Positions 1 through 12,660 of a DNA stretch of 64,000 nt are shown here, piece after piece. Numbering within the stretch: position 1 is the stretch's first letter; each line of letters starts with the position of its first letter. The DNA comes from Alphaproteobacteria bacterium (GTDB lineage Bacteria > Pseudomonadota > Alphaproteobacteria > MPNO01 > UBA830). Below the pieces are notes generated by a model that saw nothing but the letters and a program-made list of their open reading frames with translations, did no database searches and was not told the origin of the DNA. The position numbers were made by a program, and so were the translations under genes. The stretch is from contig OZ219791.1 of assembly GCA_964291215.2 (NCBI GenBank), forward strand, positions 1,539,200 through 1,603,199, read 5' to 3'.

Positions 1-10
1 CCGGTGACGA

Positions 11-1231
11 TCATGCCCTGCGGGCGTTCATCAGACGGAGGCGCAAAGCGTTGAGGCGAATGAAGCCCTCGGCATCCTGCTGATCGTAGACGGAATCGGC
101 CTCGAATGTGACATGCTGTTCTGAATAGAGGCTCACCGGCGACCTCCGTCCGACGACGCTGACGGATCCCTTGAACAGCTTCAACCGCACGGTGCCGGTG
201 ACGAATTTCTGGCTTTCGTCGATCGCCGCCTGGATCATCTCGCGTTCGGGCGAGAACCAGAACCCGTTGTATACGAGCTCCGCGTAGCGCGGCATCAGCT
301 CGTCCTTGAGATGGGCGGCGCCCCGGTCGAGGGTGATCGATTCGATGCCGCGGTGGGCGGCAATCAGGACGGTGCCGCCGGGCGTCTCGTAGATGCCGCG
401 CGACTTCATCCCGACATAGCGGTTCTCGACGATGTCGACGCGGCCGATGCCGTTGGCGCCGCCGAGCTCGTTGAGCCTGGTCAGGACCGCGGCCGGGCCC
501 AGTGTCTCGCCGTCGACGGCCACCGGATCGCCGGCCTCGAAGTCGATTTCCACGTAGGCCGGCTCGTCCGGCGCCCTTTCGGGAGCGACCGAGCGCGTAT
601 ACATCTCCTCATCCGGTTCGATCCAGGGATCCTCGAGTGCACGGCCCTCGTAGGAGATGTGGAGCAAGTTTGCATCCGTCGAATAGGGCGGCTCGTCGAC
701 CCTGTCGCGCGAGATCGGTATCTGGTGTTCACGCGCATAGTCGAGAAGCCGCGTTCGCGAACCGAGGTCCCACTCGCGCCACGGCGCGATCACCTTGATG
801 TCGGGCTCGAGCGCGTAATAGCCGAGTTCGAACCTGACCTGATCGTTGCCCTTGCCAGTCGCCCCATGGGACACGGCGTCGGCACCGGTCTCGCGGGCGA
901 TCTCGATCTGGCGCTTGGCGATAAGCGGCCGCGCTATCGAGGTCCCGAGGAGGTACACGCCTTCGTAGAGTGCATTGGCGCGAAACATCGGAAAGACGAA
1001 ATCGCGGACGAATTCCTCGCGCAGATCGTCGATATAGATCTCCTTCACCCCTGCGTTCTCGGCCTTCCGCCGGGCGGGCTCAAGCTCTTCGCCCTGGCCG
1101 AGATCGGCAGTGAACGTGACGACCTCGCAGCGATAGGTGTCCTTCAGCCATTGCAGGATCACTGACGTGTCGAGGCCGCCCGAATAGGCGAGCACGATCT
1201 TGTTGACCTCTCCGGGCACAGGTCCGGCCAT
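11..1231 (-). CDS. argG: argininosuccinate synthase
   Basis: ORF 11..1249. The product has the N-terminal [17 protein letters not shown]-pyrophosphatase motif and full-length ArgG-like sequence. Start moved to ATG 1231 (MAGPV...) because GGAGG lies 6 nt upstream. Confidence 0.95.
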   Translation of the reverse strand: MAGPVPGEVNKIVLAYSGGLDTSVILQWLKDTYRCEVVTFTADLGQGEELEPARRKAENAGVKEIYIDDLREEFVRDFVFPMFRANALYEGVYLLGTSIARPLIAKRQIEIARETGADAVSHGATGKGNDQVRFELGYYALEPDIKVIAPWREWDLGSRTRLLDYAREHQIPISRDRVDEPPYSTDANLLHISYEGRALEDPWIEPDEEMYTRSVAPERAPDEPAYVEIDFEAGDPVAVDGETLGPAAVLTRLNELGGANGIGRVDIVENRYVGMKSRGIYETPGGTVLIAAHRGIESITLDRGAAHLKDELMPRYAELVYNGFWFSPEREMIQAAIDESQKFVTGTVRLKLFKGSVSVVGRRSPVSLYSEQHVTFEADSVYDQQDAEGFIRLNALRLRLMNARRA

Positions 1232-1263
1232 GGAACACCTCCAGATCAATGATGATGCGGCCG

Positions 1264-2403
1264 TCAGGTCTGGCGGCGCATGCGCTCGCTTGCCGTCCGC
1301 AACTGTCCGCAGGCGGCAAGGATGTCGCGGCCGCGCGGTGTGCGCACCGGCGACGAATAGCCGGCGCGGTTGACGATCTCGGCAAAGGCGGTGATGGCGT
1401 CGTCACCCGAGCACTCGAACGGGGCTCCCGGCCACGGGTTGAAGGGGATGAGATTGATCTTGGCGGGGATGCCGCGAATCAGGCGCGTCAGTTCGCGAGC
1501 GTCGGCAGGCGAATCATTGACCCCCCGGAGCATCACGTATTCGAAGGTGATGCGCCGCGAATTGCGGGCCGCGGGATAGGCGCGGCAGGCGTCGAGGAGC
1601 TCGGCGATCGGGTATTTGCGGTTGAGCGGGACGATCCGGTCCCGCAATTCATCAGTGACGGCATGGAGGGAGATCGCGAGCTGCACGCCAAGTTCGGCGC
1701 CGACGCGCGGAATTTCGGGCACCACACCCGCAGTCGAGAGGGTGATACGCCGGCGCGAGACGTTGATGCCCTCCTCGTCCATGATGATGCGCAACGCTTG
1801 TGCGACATTGTCGTAGTTGTAGAGCGGCTCCCCCATCCCCATCATCACGATGTGGGTCAGCTGGCGCGACTCGCGCGAGGACGGCCATTCGCCGTAGGAA
1901 TCGCGGGCCACCATGAACTGCCCGACGATCTCCGCCGGGGTGAGGTTGCGCACGAGGTGCTGCGTGCCGGTATGGCAGAACCTGCATGCCAGCGTGCAGC
2001 CGACTTGCGAGGACAGGCACACGGCACCGCGATCCTCTTCGGGAATGTGGACGGCCTCGGCCAGATTCCGGTCGGAAAACGAGACCAGCCATTTCCGGGT
2101 GCGGTCGGCAGCGGTCTGTTCGCTTGCCACCTGCGGCCGCGAGATGACGAACCGCTCGTTGAGCGCGCGGCGCAGATCCCTGGCGAGCGTGCTCATCCCG
2201 GAGAACTCGCGCGTGCCGTGATGATAGATCCAGTGCCAGACCTGTTTTGCACGGAACGGCGACAGCCCCAGCGCCGCGAACGCAGCCGTCATTTCGGCGC
2301 GCGAAAGCCCGACCAGATCGGTCCTTTCCGCCCCCTCGGGCAGCGGCTCGGCAACGCTATCGACGATTGTGACCATAACGGACAATATAGGCGGCAAAGC
2401 CAT
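1264..2403 (-). CDS. rlmN: 23S rRNA/tRNA adenine-C2 methyltransferase, radical SAM (RlmN)
   Basis: 379-aa ORF with the CxxxCxxC radical-SAM motif ([11 protein letters not shown]) and RlmN-like overall sequence. Confidence 0.9.
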   Translation of the reverse strand: MALPPILSVMVTIVDSVAEPLPEGAERTDLVGLSRAEMTAAFAALGLSPFRAKQVWHWIYHHGTREFSGMSTLARDLRRALNERFVISRPQVASEQTAADRTRKWLVSFSDRNLAEAVHIPEEDRGAVCLSSQVGCTLACRFCHTGTQHLVRNLTPAEIVGQFMVARDSYGEWPSSRESRQLTHIVMMGMGEPLYNYDNVAQALRIIMDEEGINVSRRRITLSTAGVVPEIPRVGAELGVQLAISLHAVTDELRDRIVPLNRKYPIAELLDACRAYPAARNSRRITFEYVMLRGVNDSPADARELTRLIRGIPAKINLIPFNPWPGAPFECSGDDAITAFAEIVNRAGYSSPVRTPRGRDILAACGQLRTASERMRRQT

Positions 2404-2442
2404 GCCGGTCGACCGGTACGGTGCCGCTTCCGGGAAGCATCG

Positions 2443-3312
2443 ATGACCGTCACGCCCGCCCTGCGGGGCATCCTCTGGATGCTGGCCAGCGTTAGCTGCT
2501 TTTCCGCGATGATCATCGCGGTCAGGTTTCTCGCTGACACCTTGCCGCCGTTCCAGCAGGTCTTCCTGCGCAGCCTCATCAGCCTCCTGATCGTGCTCCC
2601 GACCATGACGGGCGGCCTTCGCGGCATCACCGCGAGCTTCCGGTCTGACCGGGTCGGCGCAACATATCTGGCGCGGGCGCTGTGCACCTTCGTCGGGGTG
2701 TCAGCATGGTTCTTCGCACTTGTCGAGATGCCGCTTGCGGAAGCCGTGGCGCTGCATTTCACCCTGCCGATTTTCGCGCTGATCTTCGCCGCATTGATCC
2801 TGCGCGAACGGGTTACCCGGGCGCGGTGGCTGGCGGTCGCGCTCGGTTTCGCCGGCGTGCTGATCATCCTGCGCCCCGGGATCGCCGCCTTCGACGCGAT
2901 GGCGCTCGCGGTGTTCCTGTCCGCCGCCGGCTATGCCGGCGGCGACATCGGAACCAAGATGCTGGCCCGCACCGAACAGACGCGGCTGATCGTGTTCAAC
3001 CTCAATCTCTACCTGGCGGTGTTCGCCGCCATCCCTGCCGCAATGGTATGGCAGACGCCGGTGCTGGCGGACTGGCCCATGATCCTGTTCATGGGCGGTA
3101 CCGCCTACGCCGCGCACATGTGCCTGGCGCAGGCGTTCCGGGCGGCGGATGCGAGCGCGGTCATCCCGATCGAATTCGTCCGGCTGCCCATCACCTCGGT
3201 GTCAGCGTGGTACTTTTTCGCCGAGGTGCCCGACATCTGGACGCTGATCGGCGCCGTGGTGATCTTTGTCGGCACCTGGCACGTGACGGTCCGCGAACAC
3301 CGTCGGGCCTGA
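2443..3312 (+). CDS. DMT-superfamily (EamA-like) transporter
   Basis: Only the last 289 aa of ORF 1249..3312 are hydrophobic, with about 10 TM segments ([23 protein letters not shown]...). The upstream part of that ORF is antisense to rlmN. Confidence 0.8.
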   Translation: MTVTPALRGILWMLASVSCFSAMIIAVRFLADTLPPFQQVFLRSLISLLIVLPTMTGGLRGITASFRSDRVGATYLARALCTFVGVSAWFFALVEMPLAEAVALHFTLPIFALIFAALILRERVTRARWLAVALGFAGVLIILRPGIAAFDAMALAVFLSAAGYAGGDIGTKMLARTEQTRLIVFNLNLYLAVFAAIPAAMVWQTPVLADWPMILFMGGTAYAAHMCLAQAFRAADASAVIPIEFVRLPITSVSAWYFFAEVPDIWTLIGAVVIFVGTWHVTVREHRRA

Positions 3313-3327
3313 CCGCATCCGGTCCGG

Positions 3328-4539
3328 TCACGCCCCGGGAGCTACACGCTGCCTGAGGGTGCGAATCCACCAGACGGCACCGGCGACCACCGCTATCTGG
3401 GGGATGATCGCGATCATCACCGCGTCCCAGCCCAGCTCGATCTGGAGATATCCGGCGAAAAAAGACGAAACCGCAGCCAGCACGTAGGCGATCGTGTCGT
3501 TGGCGCCCTGCACCTTTCCCTTCTCGGCGGCGGTATGGCAGGTGACGAGAAGCTCGGTTGAACCGACCAGCATGAGGTTCCAGCCGGCTCCGATCAGGAC
3601 ATTGGTAAGAAAGAACGCGGTCACACTGATGCCGGAGAGTCCGGCAGCCACGCCGGCGGCAAACAGCAGGAAGCCCATCAGGATGACTTTGAGCGTTCCG
3701 AACCGCGTGACCAGCCAGCCTGAAAAGAAGGACGGCGCAAACATCGCGAAGATGTGCCACTGGATGACGAAGGTGATGTCGCCGAAGGTGTGGCTGCAGG
3801 CGTGCATCGAAAGCGGCGTGGCGGCCATCATCAGGATCATGCCGGCCCACGCCACGGCAGTGCCGGCCGCGGCAACGACAAAGGCCGGCTGGCGCATGAT
3901 CTCCGTGAGCGGCCTCGCCGCCGCGACCGGAGCGGTCCGTCCGGCGGCAGGCGAGGATCCCTCGGGCATGCGAATGAACTGGACCGTCAGAGCGAGAAGA
4001 AGCGGCACCACGGCAAGCACGACGTATGTTCCGGCAAACTCGACCGGCGCCAGCAGATCCTTGGTATGGTTGGCGATGGCACCGCCGACAAAGGCAGCAA
4101 CCACGCCGCCACCGATAACCAACGCGATCGCCTTCGGCCGGAAGCTCTCGTTCGACGCCTCCGCGGCCGCGAATCGCAGATATTGGGTGAAGGAATTGAA
4201 GGCGCCAAAGCAGGACGTTCCGGCAATGAAGATCCAGAGATCGGTCGCCAGGATGCCGAGCGTGCACAGGCAGCACCCGGCAAGGCCGAACAGCGATCCG
4301 CCGGCCATTCCGGCACGTCTGCCGAACCGCTTCATCAGCATCGAGGCCGGCAGCGCCATCACGGCGGTTGCCATCCACATGAAGGCGTGGGGCAGCGTCG
4401 CGAGCGACTTGTCCTCGGCGATCATCGCGCCAGCGAGCGCCGAGACCGTGATCACCACCGTAACCGAGGTCTGTGCATACCCCTGACAGACTGCCAAGAG
4501 CGATACGTTGCGCCTCATGTGCGGTATCTGCATGCACAT
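3328..4539 (-). CDS. MFS transporter
   Basis: 403-aa polytopic membrane protein with about 12 TM segments and an MFS-like loop (MKRFGRRAG). An alternative start is ATG 4518. Confidence 0.8.
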   Translation of the reverse strand: MCMQIPHMRRNVSLLAVCQGYAQTSVTVVITVSALAGAMIAEDKSLATLPHAFMWMATAVMALPASMLMKRFGRRAGMAGGSLFGLAGCCLCTLGILATDLWIFIAGTSCFGAFNSFTQYLRFAAAEASNESFRPKAIALVIGGGVVAAFVGGAIANHTKDLLAPVEFAGTYVVLAVVPLLLALTVQFIRMPEGSSPAAGRTAPVAAARPLTEIMRQPAFVVAAAGTAVAWAGMILMMAATPLSMHACSHTFGDITFVIQWHIFAMFAPSFFSGWLVTRFGTLKVILMGFLLFAAGVAAGLSGISVTAFFLTNVLIGAGWNLMLVGSTELLVTCHTAAEKGKVQGANDTIAYVLAAVSSFFAGYLQIELGWDAVMIAIIPQIAVVAGAVWWIRTLRQRVAPGA

Positions 4540-4611
4540 CCACCAGGTTCAGGGCAGGCGAAGGGTCACCGGCCGCAGCTCCGCGCGCGTGGAACCGGCA
4601 GGCCGACCGCG

Positions 4612-5115
4612 CTACTTTACCTTGCAGGCCCTGCTGATTGCCCTGTGAGCCGCCGAAAAGCCCCGTAGCGAGTAGGTATCCCGCGTCTTCGTTCCGCGCG
4701 ACGAGACGCCGGTCACGATCATCTGTTTTCCGGCCCGCATCGCGGCGACGAGCGCGTCGTCGTCCTTGCGGCTGCTGGCCCACGACGCGTCTTTCTCGGT
4801 GAAGAGTTCGAACTTCCTGCCGCCGATGACCACCCTTACCGGGCTGCCCTTTTTGTGGACATAGCCGGCTGTGAACATGACCTGATTGATGCTCTTGTCG
4901 CCCGGCCGATGACTCACCACGCCATGTATGCGGCCACGCTTGGTGTATTTTCCCTCGTGCTTTTTGGGCTCGCTGTAGGTCCAGCAGACGCGGGACTTGC
5001 CGCTGCCCTCGGCATGGGCAATCCAGTCGGTGAAGGTGCCCAACTCCGTGCCCTGTGCCGGCAGCGACAACGCCGCCAGCGCCATCAGCATTCCTGTCGT
5101 GATCGTCGTTTTCAT
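4612..5115 (-). CDS. invasion-associated locus B (IalB) family periplasmic protein
   Basis: Start set at MKTTITTGMLMALAALSLPAQG (signal peptide). The mature part resembles IalB-family proteins as I recall them. The upstream extension of ORF 4612..5226 is Arg-rich and not protein-like. Confidence 0.6.
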   Translation of the reverse strand: MKTTITTGMLMALAALSLPAQGTELGTFTDWIAHAEGSGKSRVCWTYSEPKKHEGKYTKRGRIHGVVSHRPGDKSINQVMFTAGYVHKKGSPVRVVIGGRKFELFTEKDASWASSRKDDDALVAAMRAGKQMIVTGVSSRGTKTRDTYSLRGFSAAHRAISRACKVK

Positions 5116-5786
5116 CCTGCGCTCGTCTGTCTGCACCCCTTTGTCGGCTGACTGGCCTCCCCGGCAATCCCGGTTGCGAAAGGACCGCTCCTGCCGCTCC
5201 ATGCGTCGCGCCAGATATGCCGGCACCCCGTCATGCTACCACAGACACTGGCACCGCTTGAAGGGTACGCGGCCCATCCACGGCCGCGTATCGCGGGCGC
5301 CACGGCCAAAGCAGGCCTGCTGTTCGGCGGATGCGCGCGTCATCCGATTCGCCGCCATGCACTGGGCGCAGCCGTCCACGGCGCCTGCTGCGATCACATT
5401 CGACAGGTGATCGTCCGCGGGGCGCCGAAAGCCCCGATGTCCGGGTCGTTGCGCAGCACCCCGAATTTGCCGGCACATCTTGCCCAGGCGGTCTTCGTCA
5501 TCATGGCTCAGTCTGCGTTGAAGCCAAGCCCGAGGAATCCAGACACAGCGCTCCGGAACAGCGGGGGTCTGAACCGAAACGCCACCCCACAGCTTGAGCG
5601 CTGCGGGCTCGGGCCCAAAAAAACGGCTCTCGACGGGTTGCCGAAATCCGCCAACTTGGCTAGTTTGCGAAACAGGGAAGAACCTGTCCTCCTCGCTGCT
5701 CTGACCGACAAGGGCACTGGCGCTTCGCGAATGGAAGCGCGGTGTACAGACTGTCGGGCAGCAGAGTTCACCTATACGGATCGCGC

Positions 5787-8269
<2,483 letters not shown>

Positions 8270-8293
8270 GAGCCGCACCCGGCGGATCTGGAC

Positions 8294-9211
8294 ATGACCG
8301 ACCGCTCGATCAGCGGAACCGTCGGCGTCGCGGCCGGACTTCAGGACGGCGCGTCGGTCGCGGACTTCGTCGCGCTCCTCAAGCCGCGGGTAATGTCGCT
8401 GGTCGTGTTCACCGGCCTCGCCGGAGTGGTCGTCGCGCCGGGTGGCGCACATCCGATCGTCGCAGCGATAGCCGTCCTGTGCATTGCCGTCGCCACCGGT
8501 GCGTCCGGTGCCATCAACATGTGGTACGAGCGCGATATCGACGCCCTGATGGACCGTACGCGGAACCGGCCGCTGCCGGCCGGGCGCATGCGCCCGGATA
8601 CCGCGCTGGCGTTCGGCGTCATTCTTGCCGGCGGCTCGGTGATGGTCATGGCGCTCGGCGTGAACTGGCAGGCGGCGGCGCTGCTGGCGCTCGCCATCGG
8701 TTTCTACGTGTTCGTCTATACTGTCTGGCTCAAACGCCGCACACCGCAGAACATCGTCATCGGCGGCGCGGCCGGCGCCTTCCCGCCGATAATCGGCTGG
8801 GCTGCGGTCACCGGCAGCATCGACCCTGGCGGCATCGCGCTGTTCGTGCTGATCTTCATGTGGACACCGCCGCATTTCTGGGCGCTTGCGCTCTACAAGC
8901 ACGGCGACTACGAGAATGCCGGCGTGCCCATGCTGCCGGTCGTCGTCGGCGTCCGGGAGACCCGCCGGCAGACATTGCTCTATACAGCACTCCTGTTCCC
9001 GGTGTCGCTGGGACCATGGTTCGTCGGCGCAGCCAGCGGTGCCTGGGCGCTGTTCGCCGCCACCGCAGGGCTGGTCTTTCTCGCTCTGGCGGTCGATGTC
9101 GTGCGTAGCGCCAGCGAACGATCGGCACGGCGGATGTTTGCGTTCTCGGTCCTTTACCTGTTCCTGCTCTTCGGCGGCCTCATGATCGACAGCGTGGCGG
9201 GGGGCTGGTAG
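8294..9211 (+). CDS. ctaB: heme o synthase (protoheme IX farnesyltransferase)
   Basis: 305-aa UbiA-family polytopic protein (NMWYERDIDALMDRTRNRPLP) located in the cox cluster. Confidence 0.92.
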   Translation: MTDRSISGTVGVAAGLQDGASVADFVALLKPRVMSLVVFTGLAGVVVAPGGAHPIVAAIAVLCIAVATGASGAINMWYERDIDALMDRTRNRPLPAGRMRPDTALAFGVILAGGSVMVMALGVNWQAAALLALAIGFYVFVYTVWLKRRTPQNIVIGGAAGAFPPIIGWAAVTGSIDPGGIALFVLIFMWTPPHFWALALYKHGDYENAGVPMLPVVVGVRETRRQTLLYTALLFPVSLGPWFVGAASGAWALFAATAGLVFLALAVDVVRSASERSARRMFAFSVLYLFLLFGGLMIDSVAGGW

Positions 9212-9214
9212 GCG

Positions 9215-9346
9215 ATGCGCCGACTCTCCGAAATGCACCGTCGGCGCCGCAGCCGCAACATCGCGATTGCCGCCGCGATCTTCGCGCTCGCCTTCCTCTT
9301 CTACGTCATGTCCATCGTCCGCATGTCCGGCGGCGCGGTAGGCTGA
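9215..9346 (+). CDS. small single-TM protein encoded between ctaB and ctaG (43 aa)
   Basis: Hand-translated as MRRLSEMHRRRRSRNIAIAAAIFALAFLFYVMSIVRMSGGAVG. A basic N-terminus is followed by one hydrophobic helix. It fills the ctaB-ctaG gap exactly, starting 4 nt after the ctaB stop with its own stop 1 nt before the ctaG ATG. Below the size cutoff of the ORF track. Confidence 0.6.
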   Translation: MRRLSEMHRRRRSRNIAIAAAIFALAFLFYVMSIVRMSGGAVG

Positions 9347-9347
9347 C

Positions 9348-9941
9348 ATGGCTGTCCCGCTCGCTGCCCGCAACCGTCGCATCGCCGTCACGGCATTCTG
9401 CTTTGCCGCGCTGATGGTCGGTGCCGCGTTCGCCGCCGTACCGCTTTACAAGATCTTCTGCCAGGTGACGGGCTATGGCGGGACGCCGCAGATCGCCGAA
9501 ACCGCGCCCGCGACAGTGCTGGAAAGGCGCATGACGGTGCGCTTCAATGCCGATACCGACCCCGCTCTGCTCTGGGAGTTCGCGCCCGTACAACGCAAGA
9601 TCAGAATCCGCGTCGGTGAGCAGGCATTGGCCTTCTATCGTGCCCGCAACCTGTCGGACCGCGCTGTCACCGGAACGGCCACCTTCAACGTTACACCGCT
9701 GAAGGCTGGCCAGTATTTCAGCAAGATCGACTGCTTCTGTTTCACCGAGCAGACGCTTGCGCCCGGGGCGTCCGCCGACATGCCGGTCACCTTCTTTGTC
9801 GATCCCGCGATAGCCGACGATCCCAATCTCGACGACGTGACCACCATCACGCTGTCGTACACCTTCTTCGAAACCGAGCGCGAACCCGACGACAACCGCA
9901 CGGCGGGCGCCGCCGGGGCCCCGGCGGCGCACGACAGCTAG
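9348..9941 (+). CDS. ctaG: cytochrome c oxidase assembly protein CtaG/Cox11
   Basis: 197 aa with an N-terminal TM segment and the copper-binding CFCF motif (KIDCFCFTEQTL). Confidence 0.92.
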   Translation: MAVPLAARNRRIAVTAFCFAALMVGAAFAAVPLYKIFCQVTGYGGTPQIAETAPATVLERRMTVRFNADTDPALLWEFAPVQRKIRIRVGEQALAFYRARNLSDRAVTGTATFNVTPLKAGQYFSKIDCFCFTEQTLAPGASADMPVTFFVDPAIADDPNLDDVTTITLSYTFFETEREPDDNRTAGAAGAPAAHDS

Positions 9942-9959
9942 ACAACGGAGCAAGAGCAC

Positions 9960-10790
9960 ATGAGTTCGCAAGGGGATACAGGCGCAGGCGCCGCACAGTA
10001 CGACTACCACGGCCACAAGCATCCCTACCATCTGGTGGATCCGAGTCCGTGGCCTGCGATCGGCGCGGTTTCCGCGTTCGTCCTGACCGTCGGCACGGTG
10101 CTGTACATGCACGAGGACATCGCGTGGGTGATGATCCTCGGATTCGTCGGCATCCTCGCAACGATGGCGGGCTGGTTCTGGGACGTAATCCAGGAAGCCG
10201 AGTTCAAGGGCTTCCACAATCCTGTCGTGCAGGTCGGGATGCGCTACGGGATGGCGCTGTTCATCGCCTCCGAGGTCATGTTTTTCGTCGCCTGGTTCTG
10301 GGCGTATTTCAACGCGGCGCTGTTCCCGACGCTGCAGATCGAAGGCGTGTGGCCGCCGCCGGGCGTTCAGACCTTCGATCCCTGGGACCTGCCGTTCCTG
10401 AACACCCTGATCCTGCTCATGTCGGGGGTGACCGTCACATGGGCGCACCACGCGCTACGCGAGGGCAACCGCAAGCATCTGATACAGGGTCTCGGGCTGA
10501 CGATCTTTCTCGGCATCTGCTTTTCCTGTGTCCAAGCCTACGAGTACGGCCACGCGGCATTCGGGTTCAGCGAAGGAATCTACCCTTCAACCTTCTTCAT
10601 GGCGACAGGGTTCCACGGTTTCCACGTGCTGGTGGGGACGATTTTCCTGATCGTCTGCTTTTTCCGTGCCCGTGCCGGACATTTCAAGCCGGATCATCAC
10701 TTCGGGTTCGAGGCCGCAGCCTGGTACTGGCACTTCGTCGATGTTGTGTGGCTGTTCCTGTTCTGCTGCATCTACTGGTGGGGCCAGTAG
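9960..10790 (+). CDS. ctaE: cytochrome c oxidase subunit III
   Basis: 276-aa 7-TM protein (HGFHVLVGTIFL motif). Confidence 0.95.
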   Translation: MSSQGDTGAGAAQYDYHGHKHPYHLVDPSPWPAIGAVSAFVLTVGTVLYMHEDIAWVMILGFVGILATMAGWFWDVIQEAEFKGFHNPVVQVGMRYGMALFIASEVMFFVAWFWAYFNAALFPTLQIEGVWPPPGVQTFDPWDLPFLNTLILLMSGVTVTWAHHALREGNRKHLIQGLGLTIFLGICFSCVQAYEYGHAAFGFSEGIYPSTFFMATGFHGFHVLVGTIFLIVCFFRARAGHFKPDHHFGFEAAAWYWHFVDVVWLFLFCCIYWWGQ

Positions 10791-10797
10791 GGCCTCG

Positions 10798-11313
10798 TCA
10801 ATCGCGGCCGACGGCCGCGGTTTCCGCCGACGCGGGCTCCCACAGCCCGGCAGTGTCAAGATCGACGGACATGGTGACAGCGTCGACCGGCGATCCGCTC
10901 GGACGGGAGTAGTAGTCAGGGCGCCGGCCAACCGGCCGAAAGCCCCGGCGATCATAGAGCCTGCGGGCAGCACCGTTGTCCTCTGCAACTTCGAGGAAAA
11001 GCGAACTCGCACCGGACCGGTAGGCGCTGGTCATGACGCCTTCAAGAAGAAGCGAACCGATGCCGGAGCCGCGCACTTCAGGCGCAACGGCGAGGGTAAG
11101 AAGCTCACATTCATCGGTCGCGATGCGGAAGAGCGTAAAACCGGACAGCGTCCACCGGAGATCCGACTTCGCAGCGATTCCACTTGCTCCCGGCAGCGCC
11201 AGAATCCTGCGCAACATGATTCCGTTCCAGGCGTCGTCAAAGGACAAGGCATGGATGCGGGCCATCTCACCGACATCGCCGTCCCGAACCAGCGCAAGCG
11301 TGTGGCCGGTCAC
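10798..11313 (-). CDS. rimI: ribosomal-protein-alanine N-acetyltransferase (GNAT)
   Basis: GNAT acetyl-CoA motif VAPEVRGSGIGSLLL. Start assigned to GTG 11313..11311, which overlaps the tsaB stop as GTGA. The longer ATG-initiated ORF would overlap tsaB by 136 nt. Confidence 0.8.
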   Translation of the reverse strand: MTGHTLALVRDGDVGEMARIHALSFDDAWNGIMLRRILALPGASGIAAKSDLRWTLSGFTLFRIATDECELLTLAVAPEVRGSGIGSLLLEGVMTSAYRSGASSLFLEVAEDNGAARRLYDRRGFRPVGRRPDYYSRPSGSPVDAVTMSVDLDTAGLWEPASAETAAVGRD

Positions 11314-12005
11314 TGCTGTCCTCCTGACCGCTTCGGCTCCGTCGTATGAGGCGCCTGCAGATAGAGAGGTACGAGGCTGCCGCCTCCCTGCGTTAGTTGT
11401 CCGCGTCGCGCGAAACCGGCCAACCGCCCCACATCCGCCGCACACGGAAGCTGGCCGTCGGCCACACGTCGGATGTCGCCGGATTCCATATGCCAGCCAG
11501 CAGCAAAGCGTGCCACCCCATTGCCGGCAAGGAAATAGTTCTCGTGTTCGAGCCTTTTGCCTATTGCGTCACCCTCCAGGATAGCCGGGGCGGACAACGG
11601 CATGCGATCAGCATCGTAATCCTGAACGAAATAGGCGGTGCGCCGCGTATCGAGAATGCACATGACCGGGCTCCGGCTCGAAGCCGACGCCAACGCGCCG
11701 TAGGCCACCGCCTCAAGGGCGGAAACGCCAACCGCCACTGCACGCGAGGCGAGCGCGAAACCCTGAGCCGCAGCAATGCCCGTGCGAATACCCGTAAAGG
11801 AGCCGGGGCCGACTGTCACGCCGATGGTATCAAGGTCCCCGATCCGTTTACCGGCGGTTTCCATCACTCGCATTACCATCGGCACAAGCGCTTCCGCATG
11901 AGCGCGCGTCATCGATCTTTCCTCGGCGGCAAGAACATTGTCGCCGCCCAAGAGGGCGACTGAACAAATGTCGGCGCTGGTATCGAAAGCCAGTGTCAGC
12001 GTCAT
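11310..12005 (-). CDS. tsaB: tRNA t6A37 biosynthesis protein TsaB
   Basis: MTLTLAFDTSADICSVALL... with the GPGSFTGIRTG motif. ATG 12005 is preceded by GGAGGA. Confidence 0.88.
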   Translation of the reverse strand: MTLTLAFDTSADICSVALLGGDNVLAAEERSMTRAHAEALVPMVMRVMETAGKRIGDLDTIGVTVGPGSFTGIRTGIAAAQGFALASRAVAVGVSALEAVAYGALASASSRSPVMCILDTRRTAYFVQDYDADRMPLSAPAILEGDAIGKRLEHENYFLAGNGVARFAAGWHMESGDIRRVADGQLPCAADVGRLAGFARRGQLTQGGGSLVPLYLQAPHTTEPKRSGGQQ

Positions 12006-12338
12006 GGAACGTGGATCCTCCAAGCGACTGTTCCAGATTGGCACGCCCGGGCCGCAGAAGCCCCCGCGCGGCAATTCCCTGGAAGACAGCGGGGAGAGCT
12101 CTGTTAGACGGTATAGGGAGAGCCTTCAGGCTCCGAAAAGCCGTTTTTCAGGCCTGCCCCAATACCGATTTTCGTCAAAGTGAAACACTAAACGCAACTT
12201 CACTGACCGGGAAGAAGGTTTTGTCCCATGCATGACCGGTGTTTTGGCCCGAAGCAGGTTGTCACGCTTATATAAGCTGTAAGCATCGCGATCCGGGTCC
12301 ATTCCGAGCAGTTCGAACGCCCTTCCCCCCCTGCGGTA

Positions 12339-12403
12339 CTGTAACTTGATGTCTGGAAATTTGTCTGAGGTTTGCGCTTTGAGGCGTTTCACTGGGGGGC
12401 TAG
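12339..12403 (+). repeat. solo 65-nt arm (copy A) of the IS256-end-like repeat
   Basis: CTGTAACTTGATGTCTGGAAATTTGTCTGAGGTTTGCGCTTTGAGGCGTTTCACTGGGGGGCTAG. Identical to 12597..12661 and preceded by GGTA, as in the other copies. Confidence 0.85.
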
Positions 12404-12660
12404 CCTGAAGTTCCAGAGCCGATCAGACGTAAGTGCCTGATAGAAATGACATTCTATACATTTCAGCGGTCTGGGTACACTATGGCTTCATGCCCAGGAG
12501 CTTGAAAGCCCTTCTCTGGAGCGGCGTGGGCCGTGTGGTGACCGGGAAGGGTTCGGCGCCCGCAAGGCGGGGCGCCACGGTGTTGCGCGGGTGGTACTGT
12601 AACTTGATGTCTGGAAATTTGTCTGAGGTTTGCGCTTTGAGGCGTTTCACTGGGGGGCTA

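Noticed and set aside
1249-3312. 687-aa ORF as a single protein.
   Set aside because: The first roughly 400 codons are antisense to rlmN and not protein-like. Only the last 289 codons (from ATG 2443) form a coherent EamA-type membrane protein.
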